64,000 bases of DNA from an uncultured delta proteobacterium. Lineage in GTDB: Bacteria > Myxococcota_A > Polyangia > Fen-1088. The position numbers and the translations under genes were made by a program. The notes under the pieces are model-generated. The model was not told where the DNA came from and ran no database searches. It saw nothing but the letters and a program-made list of their open reading frames with translations. Below are positions 22,884-33,780 of this stretch, piece by piece. The stretch is taken from assembly GCA_963767925.1 (NCBI GenBank), contig CAVYGB010000008.1, forward strand, positions 2,272,001 through 2,336,000, given 5' to 3'. Each line of letters starts with the position of its first letter. Within the stretch, counting starts at the first letter, position 1.

Positions 22884-25278
22884 ATGGCCAGCTCCCTGCG
22901 TAGCCGCGCCCTCCTCGCCCTTCTGCCCACGCTGCTCGCCGGGACCGGGGGCTGTGCCCACCGCCTCGGCGCGTCGGCGCCCGTCAGCGAGCCGGCCCGG
23001 CGGCTGGGCGCCGAAGCGGTGGCCCTGCGCACCGTCACCTGCGAGGAGGACTTCGCCGACGCCCGCCAGGTCTATCGGGCGCTGCCTGCGGGATCTCCCG
23101 AGCGGGGGCTGCTTCGCCGCCAGCTTCTCCGCTACCTGCTGGGGCCGCTCGCCACCATCGACGCGGAGGAGTTTCGCCGGCGGGGTGCCGACCTGGGGGC
23201 CAACGACGACCTGGACCGCATCCTCGCCTCCTTCCGCGACGCCCTCGAGCTCTATGGCCCCGAGGACCTCTGGCCCAAGCGCGGAGGTGGTATCGACGGC
23301 GAGGAGAAGCCCCTGCTGCGCCGATCGGCGGAGCTGGTGGCGGGGCTGTTTGCCTCCCGCGGCTCGGAGACCGAGGTGGTGACCGCGCTGCTGGTCCTGC
23401 ACAGCCTCGAGCCAGACAACAAGGTCTTCCTGGCCCGGCTCAACGAGCTGCTGCCCTGGCTCGAGACCGGGAGCCAGCTCGCCTTGACCGGGAACGGTCT
23501 GCGCAACCTTCCCACCATCACCGACGTGCTGGAGAGCGCGGCCACCGTGTGGCCCGCGCCCGCGGTGGTCGAACGGCTGGCCGAGACCTACATCCAGCGC
23601 CAGGAGCGGCTGTCGACCTTGCTCCGGCGACCGCTCGGCTCGGTGCCCACCCGCGGCGCCATCGGCGAGATGCTCCTCGAGGGCGAGACCGTGCAGACCA
23701 CGGCGGTCAGCGTGGCCTCCCTCTACCTGCGGGCCGGCCAGCTCGACCGCGCGTCCGCCTCGCTGGCCCGGGTGAGCGGGCGCCCGGGCGACGATCCGGA
23801 GCTGCGCCAGCTCGTGAACAACGCCGCCCGCAGCCGGGCGGGGCGGGACGACTACCTGGCCCTGGCTCGCCGGTTCCTGCCCCGCCTCAAGCCGCTGGGC
23901 GGGACCTCCAACGACCGGGTCGACATCGTCGCCGCCCGCGAGCTGCTGATGCTGGCCTCGGCGCGCTGGCCGGAGGATGCCGAGGTGCGCATGCCTGCTG
24001 TCGCGGATCGCCGCCATCATGGGCGATCTCTACCTGTCGTTGCGGCTGCTCGAGGAGTCGCAGCCTCTGCTGGAGAAGTCCCGGGCCAACCGCGAGGAGC
24101 AGGCCACGGTGGCGGCCGAGATGCTGGAGCGCTCGTTCGAGAAGCTGCGCCAGCGCATGGTGGACAACGAGCACCTCGAGCCGGCCACCCGCGAGGCGGA
24201 GGCGCTCCGGCGGCGGTTCGCCGAGACCCGCCAGCGCTTCGGGGAGGATCGCCTGAACGCGCGCGCCACCGACATCGACTACGAGGTGGCCCGGGGCTTG
24301 CTCAACGCCGGCCTGGTCGACCGGGCCGAGTCGCTGCTGGTAAGCGCCTCCAAGGCCGAGGAGCCGCGGGCCGAGATCGCGCTCGAGCTGGCCAAGCTGG
24401 CGACAAAGCGGGGCAACGCCCACCGGGCGGCCGAGATCCTCGAGGGGGCCCTCGAGCAGCACCGGGGCGCCTCACCTGGCCAGGAGACCATCTCCTTCGT
24501 CGAGACCCAGTCCAAGCTGGCCTACGCCCTGGGCAACGCCCACGAGGTGGCCGGCCGGATCGAGCCGGCTCGCCAGGCCTGGCGGACGGCGCTGCGGGGC
24601 TGGGAGCGGCTGATGGCCGAATACCTGCGGCGCAAGGACGGCGCCGAATCGGCCGAGGCGACGATGGAGGTCGGCCGGCTGACCTACCTGCTGGGCCGGC
24701 GTGAGGAGGGGGTGGCCAAGTTCCTCGACGCCATCGAGCAGAACGAGGCCCGCGACCAGAGCTACATCGACGCGCTGGCCTTCCTGGTCCAGCACGGGGA
24801 CGTGGACGCCGCGCTGGACGTCTACCGGCGCACGCTGTCGCGTCCCAGCCGGGTGGTCTCCGAATACGTGAAGGTCTACGCCTCGCTCTGGATGGTGGAC
24901 CTCCTGCGCCGGGCGGGGCGGAGCCCCGAGCCGAGCGCCGAGAGCTTCCTGCGCACGCTGGCCGCGCGCCGGATGCACCTGCGCCCGCAGCGGGTCGTCG
25001 CCTGGTACGTCCAGCTCGCGCGCTACACCCTGGGCCTCATCAGCTACGACCAGCTCCTGGTCCAGGCGGACACCGCCGGCAAGAAGGCCGAGCTGTACTT
25101 CTACGAGGCCATGCGCCGGCTGGCCGACGGCCGCAGCGACGACGCCCACGTGCTGTGGAACAAGGTGCTCGAGACCCGCATGTTCGAGTTCCTCGAGTAC
25201 GACATGGCGTCGCGCTACCTGCGGACCGGGGCCCCCACCCGGGCCACCGCCGAGGCGACCGAGTCCGAGACGATTTGA
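22884..25278 (+). CDS. Large TPR-repeat exported protein/lipoprotein (frameshift near 23990)
   Basis: Signal peptide with Cys (LLAGTGGC). ORF 22884.. continues in the frame of ORF 23977..25278; TPR-like helices; NlpI-like tail (AELYFYEAM..FEFLEY). Confidence 0.7.
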
Positions 25279-25374
25279 TCCCCGGGAGCGGCCCGCGGGG
25301 GCCGTTTTTCGAGGTCGAACCGCGACAAATCGTGGTACACCACGGCCCTGTCCGTCAGGATCGTTCGCAGTTTC

Positions 25375-25446
25375 GGTGCCGTGGCCAAGTGGTAAGGCAA
25401 GGGTCTGCAAAACCCTCATTCCCCGGTTCAAATCCGGGCGGCACCT
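25375..25446 (+). tRNA. tRNA-Cys (GCA)
   Basis: Acceptor stem GGTGCCG/CGGCACC; anticodon arm AGGGT-CTGCAAA-ACCCT; T arm CCCGG-TTCAAAT-CCGGG; discriminator U. CCA not encoded. Confidence 0.97.
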
Positions 25447-25474
25447 CCGCCAGCTAGCTGAGTATCGACGCGCT

Positions 25475-26825
25475 TCAGACGTCGGGGTCGAGCGCCCAGG
25501 CCTGCACGAGCCGGCTGGCGTCGCCGCCCAGCCGCTGGAAGTCGGCCAGCATGTCGTCCGCCGGTGAACGGCCGGCGCGGGCGTATTCGAGCAGCGGATC
25601 CAGCAAGCGCCGGTCCTCGGCCCCCTCGGGCAGACGGTCGAGACCCGTCGGCGGCGATCTGACAGAGCTCGACCGCCAGGGAGGCGATGGGCGTTTTCCC
25701 AGACGGGCCGCCAGGCCAGCCCTGGGCACGTCGCGTCGGAGCGCCTCCCGCTCGGGCAGGGTGGCGCGATCGACCAGGGACCAGGCGGCCGCCCGAGCGC
25801 CCGGGTCGTCGAGCAGGCCGCGCCACAGCGCGGGCAGCGCGCCGGCGAAGGCCAGGTTCGCCGCGTCCGCTCCGCGCAGCTCGATGGTCCGCTTGAGCCG
25901 GACCTCCGGAAACACGGTCGAGAGGTGCAGCACCCAGTCGGCCATGGTGGCGCGTTCACCCTGCCAGCCTTCCTTCAGGAACCGCCGGAAGGTCACGCCC
26001 TCCAGCGGCTGGTAGCGGCCGGCCCGGGCGAGAAAGAACATCGGGACGTCGAGGGCCCACTCGCGTAGTCCCGGAAGCCGAACCCGGGCTCGAACACGAA
26101 GGGCAACAGGCCACAGCGGTCCTCGTCCATCTCCAGCCAGACCGCCGCCCGGTAGCTCTTGTACCCGTTGGGACGGCCCTCGCTGATGGGCGACGACGCG
26201 TACAGCGCGGTCACGATCGAGCTCACGCCGACCGCCGTCCGGATCTTGTCCGCCGCCGTCGGCCTCGCTCGAGAAGTCGAGGTTCACCTGCACGGTGGCG
26301 GTGCGCTTCATCATCTCGTGCCCCAGCCGACCGTGACGGGGGCAGATATTCGCGCATGATGTCGTAGCGGCGCTTGGGCAGCCAGGCCACGTCCGAGAGG
26401 CTCCCGAACGGTCGAAAGCCCCCCGTGATGAAGTGAATCCCCAGCTCCTCGGCCACCGGGCGGAGCTGGCGGATGTGGCTGCGCATCATGACGTTACAGG
26501 CGCTGGCGCTCGACAGCGGCGGCCCCGACAGCTCGACCTGCATGCCCGGCTCGAGGGTTATCTCCTCGCCGTTGCGACCGGCGCCGATGAGGTGCTCGCC
26601 CTCGTGAACGCCCGTGTAACCGTGGCTCGTGACGAGCCTGGCCAGGAGCTGGGCGACGCCGTCCGCTCCCTGGTAGGGCACCGGCGCGCCGTCGAGACGG
26701 ACGCCGAGCTTCTCGTGCTCGAGACCGACCAGCCAGTCCGGCTTGGGCCTCGCTGCGGAGGTGAAAAAAGCTACCAGCTCATCGATGCTCGAGAGCGGCT
26801 CGGACGGGGCAGGGGTTTGATTCAT
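25475..26825 (-). CDS. gshA: Glutamate--cysteine ligase (GCS2 / plant-alphaproteobacterial type), frameshifted
   Basis: GLEHEK, ITLEPG.QVELSG, PKRRYDIMREYL, MMKRTATVQVNLDFSSE, WALDVPMFF, HLSTVFPEVRLK..IELRGAD. Confidence 0.92.
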
Positions 26826-27055
26826 GCAAGGACCGGATCCAGCCCGCGGCCGGCTGAAAGGGGTCTGTATCTTAGGCGGGGTTTCCTCGGCGCGCCATGG
26901 CGGGGAACCAGGAGGCCAAAACCGTCACCGGAGCGCGCGCGCAGCGCTTCCCTGTCCTGGCGCTCCTCCTGGCGCTCCTCCTGGCGCTACTGGCTGCGAC
27001 CCTGTACTACCTATGCCGCTCGCTTATACTGAGGTACCCGTCACGGAAGGCCGAC

Positions 27056-29054
27056 ATGCCTCGCCTCGCCAACGTTCTCATCTTCGATAGCGACACAAGG
27101 GGGCGGGAGACACTGGTGTACGGGTTCGAGGGGGAAGGCGTGAAGGCAGCCGCCACCGCCGCGGCCGCCGAGGTACCGCCGCTCATCGGTAGCGCACGGC
27201 CCCAGATCCTGATCTTGACGTTGCGGGACAACGGCCCCGCGGGGATCGACCTGGTGCGATCGCTGGCCGACGCGGAGGAGACCCGGGGTCTGCCGCGGCT
27301 GGTGCTCGCCCACGAGGAAGGGTTCCCGGACGACCTTCGCCGCTCGAACAGCTTCATCGCCTTGCCGGCCTTCGTCCGCGACGTCATCACCGCCGCCAAG
27401 CTGCTGACCGGGGGCGCCGCGCCGACCGGGGAAGGCACCGCCGACGGTCAGACCGAGCTGAGCGGCGTGCTCTCCGAGTTTGGCCTTTATTTCATCGTCC
27501 GGACCATGGTCGGGCTGGGGCGCTCCGGCATCGTCCAGGTGGAACGCGGCAACCGGAAGGGGGAGCTGCGCTTCTCGGAGGGGGACGTGGTCTCGGCCCA
27601 GGTGGGCTCGCTGCAGGGGCACGCGGCCCTGCACCAGCTCCTGCTGTGGGAGGAGGCGGCCCTCGAGATCAAGTTCCGACCGGTGGTCCGACTCGGTCAG
27701 TCGCTGCCCGGCGGCGAGGACTTGCTGGACGACTGCGAGCGGTTCCTGCGCGACTTCTCACACGCCACCAAGAACATCGGCCACGCCCAGTCCCTGTTCG
27801 TGCAGGACGCGGAGCGGGTGGCGCGCCTGCTCGACACGATCCCGGCGGAGGTGGTGCCGGTGATGCGACTGTTCGACGGACAGCGCTGTCTGGGCGACGT
27901 CCTCGAGGACAGCCCCTTCCGGGTCTTCGACTCGCTGCGGACGATCACGCGCCTGCTCGACATGGGCATCATCCGGCGCAAGGCCATCGAGCGGCCGACC
28001 ACCGGTCTCGGCCACCTGCGGCGGGGCCGAGGCGACGAGTGGGTGCGCCCGGGGCTGACTGCGGGGGCGGGGCCCGGGACTGGCCCGGGGCCGGTGGAGC
28101 CTGCGGTCCCCACACCCGAGCCCGAAAAGGGCGAGCAAGGCGGGGACGAAGAAGGGGACAACGAGCAGCGGGTTGGCCTGTTCACCCGCCGCCGGGCCTC
28201 GCGGAGGCGCAGTGGCGAGATGCCGATTCCGCCCGTGGTGGCGGCGCCCGGCCTCGCGACGGGTCTCGAGCGGCCTCGGGGCCGGAGCGAAGACGCTGCC
28301 GATCGCGCTTCGGTGGCGGTGGTGGCGCCGCCACCCCCGCGGCAGGTCGGCGGCGCACCGTCGCCGACCAGCATGGCGGTCCACGGCGAGCTGCGGGTGC
28401 CGACCGGGAACCATCCCAGCATCGGCTCCCAGCCCGACGTCCCGAAGGTCGTCATCGACTTCGGGGCGGTCGAGGCGGAGCCGGCCACCGTCGAATCGGC
28501 CGACCCCCAACCGGCCGGGCCGGAACAGCGCCACGCGCTCGGCGGAGCTCCGGACCCCGGGCCGGACGCCGGCTCCGGTGGCGCCCCCTGCCGAGGGGCC
28601 TTCCATCATGCTCGACCCCCGCCTCCTGGCGGAGATGGACGCGTTCGAGCAGGCGCAGTCCCCTCCCCCGCCGGCCCGCCGTCCGGCGAGCCCCTCACCG
28701 GACGCGCCCCCCTCCCAGGCGGGTGGGGTGGTGTCCTTCGTGCACGCCAGCACCCCCCAGGGGCCCGTGCAGCCCCTCCCCCTCAGCGCGGTCCCCACCA
28801 TCGCGGTGGCGCCCGTGGCTCCGGAGGAGGCCCGGCGGTCCCCCGAGCGACCCGCCCTACGCGGCTCGGGCGAGATCGATCCCCTGCCGTCCGACAAGCC
28901 GGTCCGCCGCGCCTCGGGCGAGTTCGATCCCGTCGAGTCCGACTTCTTCGCCCGGGAGGCCGAGCTCTACGAGGAGAACACGCCCGGCGACCGGGACAGC
29001 GGCGAGGTGCCGCCCCCCGGAGCCCACCGCGACGGAGACCGCCGCCCCCGCTAG
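27056..29054 (+). CDS. Pseudo-receiver + DUF4388/PATAN-like domain protein with long Pro-rich tail (frameshift near 28530)
   Basis: Receiver-like N-terminus (VLIFDSD); LSGVLSEFGL..RSGIVQV..GELRFSEGDVVSAQVG..ALHQLLLWEEA. TATACT and GGAAGG lie upstream. Confidence 0.7.
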
Positions 29055-29057
29055 CGG

Positions 29058-29708
29058 TCAGGCGTTCCCGCCGCCCGACTCCCAGTCCACTTCGGCCCGG
29101 CCCATCGGACCGGCCACCCGCAGGACCAGCCGGCCAGTGGCCGTCCCCAGGAAGCGGCCGTCGGTCTCGCCGGTCGCCCGGGGGAATCGCATGGTGTAGC
29201 TGCGCGAGAAGTCGGTGCGCGTGGGGAAGAACCGCATCTCGTACAGCTCGGGGAGCTTCTCCACGGTCACGCCGTCGGGCGCGATCTCGCCGCCCGTCCT
29301 ATCGGCGAGGGTGATCTTCCAGACCGAGTCCTTCTGCTCGAGATCGTTCCACTCGTAGTCGGTCGACTGCGCGACCACGTGGAATTCGTAGCTGGTGCGC
29401 GCGGCCTGGAACTGGGACTGCTCCAGCGCGCGGCGCTCGGCGTTGCCCAGGCTGTAGGCATCGGCGTATTGCTCGATGTAGGCCTGGCGAAAGTCCCAGC
29501 TCTTGTAGGTGGACCACATCTCGATCACGGTCCCGACGTCGCGAACCAGCTTGCCGTACCGGGTCCAGCGCTGAAACACCTCCGGGTAGTCCTTGGGCGT
29601 GTACTTCCGCGTGACCTCGGCGAAGTCGACTGGCTTGGGCTTGCTCGAGCCACACCCGCCCCCCGCCAGCGCCGCGCCCAGGACGCGCAGCACCGCCCGG
29701 CGCTTCAC
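29058..29708 (-). CDS. Hypothetical lipoprotein
   Basis: GTG start overlapping pyrE stop; signal KRRAVLRVLGAALAGGGC; globular, GC3-biased coding. Confidence 0.7.
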   Translation of the reverse strand: MKRRAVLRVLGAALAGGGCGSSKPKPVDFAEVTRKYTPKDYPEVFQRWTRYGKLVRDVGTVIEMWSTYKSWDFRQAYIEQYADAYSLGNAERRALEQSQFQAARTSYEFHVVAQSTDYEWNDLEQKDSVWKITLADRTGGEIAPDGVTVEKLPELYEMRFFPTRTDFSRSYTMRFPRATGETDGRFLGTATGRLVLRVAGPMGRAEVDWESGGGNA

Positions 29709-30271
29709 GTGAAGTCCCGCTTGCGAAACAGCGTGATCACCGGCGCCTCGGCGGCCAGGGCCTCCCGCCCGCCCTCCTCTCGATCGACGAGCCCCAGGAT
29801 GAGGGAGACCTTCAACCCGAACTCGCGCGCCCGGGCGATGGCCTTGAGGGCCGACCCACCGGTGGTGACCACGTCCTCGAGGATCGCGACGGGCATCCCC
29901 GGCCGCAGGCTCTTGGCCCCCTCGATCCACTGGGAGGTGCCGTGCGCCTTCGCCTCCTTGCGGACGTAGAAGGCGGGCAGCGGCCGGCCGGCGAGGAAGC
30001 TCATGGTGGAGACGGCGGAGGCCAGCGGGTCGGCGCCCATCGTGAGCCCGCCGACCGCCTCGACCTCCGGAGCCTGCTCGGCGATGAGGCGGCCGAACAG
30101 CCAGCCCACGAGGAAGTGCCCTTCCGCGCCGAGGACCGCTTGCTTGCAGTCGATGTAGAAGTTGCTGATGCGGCCCGAGGCCAGCTTCACCTCGCGCTGC
30201 TCGTAAGCGAGGCTCGCCAGCAGCTCGAGCAGCCGCGCCCGATGGCGCTCGAAAACGTCAGAACCGGTCAT
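29705..30271 (-). CDS. pyrE: Orotate phosphoribosyltransferase
   Basis: LASGRISNFYID, GGLTMGADP, VRKEAKAHG, PRPP motif ILEDVVTTGGS. Confidence 0.95.
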   Translation of the reverse strand: MTGSDVFERHRARLLELLASLAYEQREVKLASGRISNFYIDCKQAVLGAEGHFLVGWLFGRLIAEQAPEVEAVGGLTMGADPLASAVSTMSFLAGRPLPAFYVRKEAKAHGTSQWIEGAKSLRPGMPVAILEDVVTTGGSALKAIARAREFGLKVSLILGLVDREEGGREALAAEAPVITLFRKRDFT

Positions 30272-30352
30272 GTCGGGTGCCACCTGCCTGCCCCACGTCG
30301 GGGGCGGCAGCGGTTTTAACACAGCGGCCCGGGACGCGCTGTGACCCGACTG

Positions 30353-31078
30353 TCAGAGCTTGAGGCCGTCGAGCGGATCGTCGTTGATGTCGCGCGGCTT
30401 GCGGATGACCGGCGGCGCCTTGGGAGCGGCAACCGGCTTGGGGGCCTTGAGGCGACGGGCGCGCTCTCGCTCCCGGTCCAGATCCAGCTCGCGCTGCAGC
30501 CGGGCCCGGTCCTCCTCCGACTTGGCGGTCGCCAGCTCGCCCTGCTTGCGGGCCAGCTCGCGCTCGAAGCGCAGCCGCTGCTCCTCCTCGCGGCGCGAGG
30601 ACTGTTGCTCGAAGCGCACGCGCTCTTCGCGCTGGAGCTGTAGCTCGGCCTGAGAGTCGGAGCGCATCTTGAAGACCACGGCGCCCGACAGCGCGAGGAC
30701 GATGGCCACCGCGCCGACGATCGCCTTGACCGGGGAGCGGGCCTTCTGGGCCTGCACCTCGAGGCGCATGCGCTCCTGCTGCAGGCGCATCTCGCCTTCG
30801 ATGCGGGTCCGGCGCTCGGACTCGGCCAGGCGAAACTGCTCGTCCCGATCCCGCTGGACGCGCTCTTCTTCCGTGCGACGGACGCGGTCTTCCTGCTCCC
30901 GCTTCTGGCGTTCGACCTCTTCGCGCGCGCGCCGCTCCTCGTCTTCGCGGGCCCGCCGCTCGTTCTCGAGCTTGACGCGCCGTTCATCATCCTCGCGGCG
31001 GATGCGGTCATCCTCCATCCGCCTCAGCTCTCTCAAGGAGAAGAGGGTCGAGTTCTCCTCACGCTGCTGTTGGGCCAT
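30353..31078 (-). CDS. Coiled-coil single-pass membrane protein with N-terminal ENSTLFSL motif
   Basis: E/R-rich charged helix, TM (AIVGAVAIVLALSGAVVF), second coiled coil. Confidence 0.75.
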   Translation of the reverse strand: MAQQQREENSTLFSLRELRRMEDDRIRREDDERRVKLENERRAREDEERRAREEVERQKREQEDRVRRTEEERVQRDRDEQFRLAESERRTRIEGEMRLQQERMRLEVQAQKARSPVKAIVGAVAIVLALSGAVVFKMRSDSQAELQLQREERVRFEQQSSRREEEQRLRFERELARKQGELATAKSEEDRARLQRELDLDRERERARRLKAPKPVAAPKAPPVIRKPRDINDDPLDGLKL

Positions 31079-31258
31079 GAACGCTCTCTCTCTGCGCCTT
31101 GCGGGCCAACAATTTTAGCACACCGGCTCGGTCGTTCCCGTCGACCCCAGACGGCAACCCACGCCCGATGCGTCTGTGGACGTGGTGCCTACGAGTGCGC
31201 CTCCGTGCTGCCTACGCAGTGCCTGCTCGCGCCCAGGGTCTGTCTGCGGGAGGGCGGC

Positions 31259-31822
31259 CTAGTTGAAGTTGCGGAGAAGCTGGTCGATGGCGTCCGGCTT
31301 GCCAGCGCGGCCCGCCGGGCGCGGGCCGGGGTTCCGTGGGTCGTTCCGGAGGCCGGCCTTGCGGGCTCTGCCTGCAGCGGCCGCCTTGCGGGCGGGCAAC
31401 GAGGTCCGGGCAAACACCCGCTCACCGTTGCGTCGGCCCTTGCCGCGCATACGCGCCAGGCCGGGCTTGCTGGCGAAGCCCCGTTTCATCCGGGGGCCGT
31501 CGGCGGGTGGTCCCTGGCGCCCTGCGGCCCCGCGCGGCGCGGCCGGCTCGGTCTCGGGTCGCCCGGCGCCCTCCGGGGCGGCGGCGGCCGCCGGTTCGGG
31601 CGCACTGGCCGTCGTCTTGGCATTGATGGCGGCGGCCGGCACCTCGGTCGCGGGAGCGGCGGTTGTGGCGGTCTCGCTCGGGCCCACGCGGTGGCGAAGC
31701 AAGAGGGTCGTCACGACGGCGACCTGGACGAGGACCACCGCGCCCGCGATCCACACGCCTTTCATCAACCACGTCGTCTGCCCTGGCAGGTTGAACTTCG
31801 GAAGCATGACATCCCGCTTCAT
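31259..31822 (-). CDS. Hypothetical single-pass membrane protein
   Basis: TM GVWIAGAVVLVQVAVVTTLLL, then Ala/Pro-rich and basic region, ending KPDAIDQLLRNFN. Confidence 0.65.
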   Translation of the reverse strand: MKRDVMLPKFNLPGQTTWLMKGVWIAGAVVLVQVAVVTTLLLRHRVGPSETATTAAPATEVPAAAINAKTTASAPEPAAAAAPEGAGRPETEPAAPRGAAGRQGPPADGPRMKRGFASKPGLARMRGKGRRNGERVFARTSLPARKAAAAGRARKAGLRNDPRNPGPRPAGRAGKPDAIDQLLRNFN

Positions 31823-31961
31823 GAAGGGTCCTCTCGGGGCATCGCCCCTGAATCAGTGATGAGCGGACAAGGATAACGTGAGGTAAGCCAACCACCCACC
31901 GCGACCATCCGGGGCCTTCAGCTTCGGATTCTCTGCTCTTTCCGTTATGGTGGACTTCCGG

Positions 31962-32678
31962 ATGGATTACGTCGATCTACACGCTCATTTCCTGCCGGGG
32001 CTGGATGATGGCGCATCCAGCAGCTCCGAGGCCCTCAAGATGGTCGGCGCGGTCGCATCCCTCGGTTTCACCGCTCTGCATGCTACGCCGCATCAGCGCC
32101 ACGGAGTGTTTTTGCCCTCCAGAGAAAACGTCGACCGAGTTTTCTCCGAGCTGCGGGCCGAGGTCAAGGCCAACTCCCCCTCGCTGAGCTTCGCCCTGGC
32201 CGCCGAGAACTTCTGGGACGAGGTCTTCCTGACCCGCGTGCGCGACGGCGGCCTGCCCACCTACGACGGCGGGCCCGCCTTCCTGTTCGAGGTCGACCCC
32301 GCCATGATGCCCCCCCGCATCGCGCAGACCCTGTTCGAGATCCGGGTGAGCGGCCGCCTGCCCGTGATGGCGCACCCCGAGCGCTACCGCGCCATCCAGA
32401 ACGACGTCAGCCGGGCCGAGGAGCTGGCCCGCTCGGCGGCGCTGCTGGTCGACCTCGGCGCTCTCGACGGCGCCCACGGGCGTCCGGCCATGAAGACCGC
32501 GCGCAAGCTGCTCGAAGAAGGGCTGGTCCACGCCGCGGCGACCGACATCCATTCGCCCGAGGACCAGCGGCCCATCGCCGCGGGCATGGCCTGGATCCGC
32601 AAGCGGTTCGGACCGGAGACGCTCGATCGGTTGCTGGGGGAAAATCCGCGCCGTATCCTCGCGGGCGAGCTTCCTTGA
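31962..32678 (+). CDS. CpsB/CapC (PHP-family) protein-tyrosine phosphatase
   Basis: VDLHAHFLPGLDDG, ATPH, AHPERY, ATDIH. Confidence 0.9.
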   Translation: MDYVDLHAHFLPGLDDGASSSSEALKMVGAVASLGFTALHATPHQRHGVFLPSRENVDRVFSELRAEVKANSPSLSFALAAENFWDEVFLTRVRDGGLPTYDGGPAFLFEVDPAMMPPRIAQTLFEIRVSGRLPVMAHPERYRAIQNDVSRAEELARSAALLVDLGALDGAHGRPAMKTARKLLEEGLVHAAATDIHSPEDQRPIAAGMAWIRKRFGPETLDRLLGENPRRILAGELP

Positions 32679-32724
32679 CGGGGAGCCCCGCCCTCCCCTC
32701 ACGCAAGCCGCCCGAATCCGTCCC

Positions 32725-33780
32725 GTGAAGCTCCTGCTGAAGTTACTCGTCGCCCTCGCCGTGGGGGCGGTGTGCGTCGTCCTCGTCCTGCGCGACATCG
32801 ACCTCGAGGCCACCTACCAGGTGCTGGCCCATGTCTCCTTGCCGGTGGTGGCGGTCTACCTCGTGATCCTTGCGGCGACCCACGTGTTGCGGTCCTGGCG
32901 CTGGGCCTATCTGCTGCGGCCGATCGGGGTGCGGCTCCCCTGGAGACAGCTCTTCGCCATCTCCTCGGTGGGGTTCATGGCCATCCAGGCCTTGCCCGTC
33001 CGCCTGGGCGAGTTCGTGCGGCCCTACTTCGTCGTGCGCTCGGGCCGGTCGCGCATGAGCGCCGTGCTGGGGACGGTGGCGGTCGAGCGGGTCGTCGACG
33101 GCCTGCTGATCTCGATCATCTTCTTCGGCTCGTACCTCGCCTCCGACCGCACGGCCTGGTCGTCCGAGCTACGGGCCGCGGCCTGGCTGTCGCTGCTGCT
33201 GTTCCTGGCCGCCCTCCTCTTCCTGGCCGGGGCGCTCCGCTGGCCCGAGCCGACCATCCAGATCGCCCTCCACCTCCTGCTGCTCCCCCGCTTCGCCCCC
33301 CGTCTGTCGGCCAAGCTGGGCGACAAGCTGCGCGCCCTGATCCAGGGCTTCCAGGTGCTGCACGACCCGGCCAGCCTGCTCCCCTTTCTGTTACAATCCA
33401 TCCTGTACTGGGGGACGAACGGTCTGGGGATGTGGTTGCTGGCCCAGGGGATGAACCTCGACGTGAGCCCGCTGGCGGCTTACGCGGCGATGTCGTTCAC
33501 CGGCGTGCTGATCTCGCTGCCCAACTCCCCCGGCCTGGTCGGTCAATTCCACCTGGGGGTGGTCGCGGCGCTCGGCGCGTTCATGCCCGAGAGCGTGGCG
33601 GCCCGATCGAGCGCCCTGGCCTACGCCACCCTGTTACACGGCATCCAGCTCCTCTGGTACACGCTGGTCGGGCTGGCCAGCCTCCCCTTCGTGCCCGGGA
33701 CCCACTCGTTGCGGGAGGCCGTCGTCGAGTCCAACCGCGCCGCCGAGGAGATGGAACGCGCCGGCCCGGAGCCCCGATGA
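32725..33780 (+). CDS. Lysylphosphatidylglycerol-synthase TM / flippase-like (YbhN/UPF0104) membrane protein
   Basis: LRSWRW, LPVRLGEFVR, VAVERVVDG, PNSPGLVG; many TMs. Confidence 0.88.
   Translation: MKLLLKLLVALAVGAVCVVLVLRDIDLEATYQVLAHVSLPVVAVYLVILAATHVLRSWRWAYLLRPIGVRLPWRQLFAISSVGFMAIQALPVRLGEFVRPYFVVRSGRSRMSAVLGTVAVERVVDGLLISIIFFGSYLASDRTAWSSELRAAAWLSLLLFLAALLFLAGALRWPEPTIQIALHLLLLPRFAPRLSAKLGDKLRALIQGFQVLHDPASLLPFLLQSILYWGTNGLGMWLLAQGMNLDVSPLAAYAAMSFTGVLISLPNSPGLVGQFHLGVVAALGAFMPESVAARSSALAYATLLHGIQLLWYTLVGLASLPFVPGTHSLREAVVESNRAAEEMERAGPEPR

Noticed and set aside
25279..25475. tRNA-Cys as an integration site for an island
   Set aside because: No integrase, no duplicated tRNA 3' end noticed, and ordinary chromosomal genes on both sides.
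29703..29714. parS-like palindrome CTTCACGTGAAG
   Set aside because: Only the core matches, the outer bases do not; single copy; it coincides with the pyrE stop / next start overlap.
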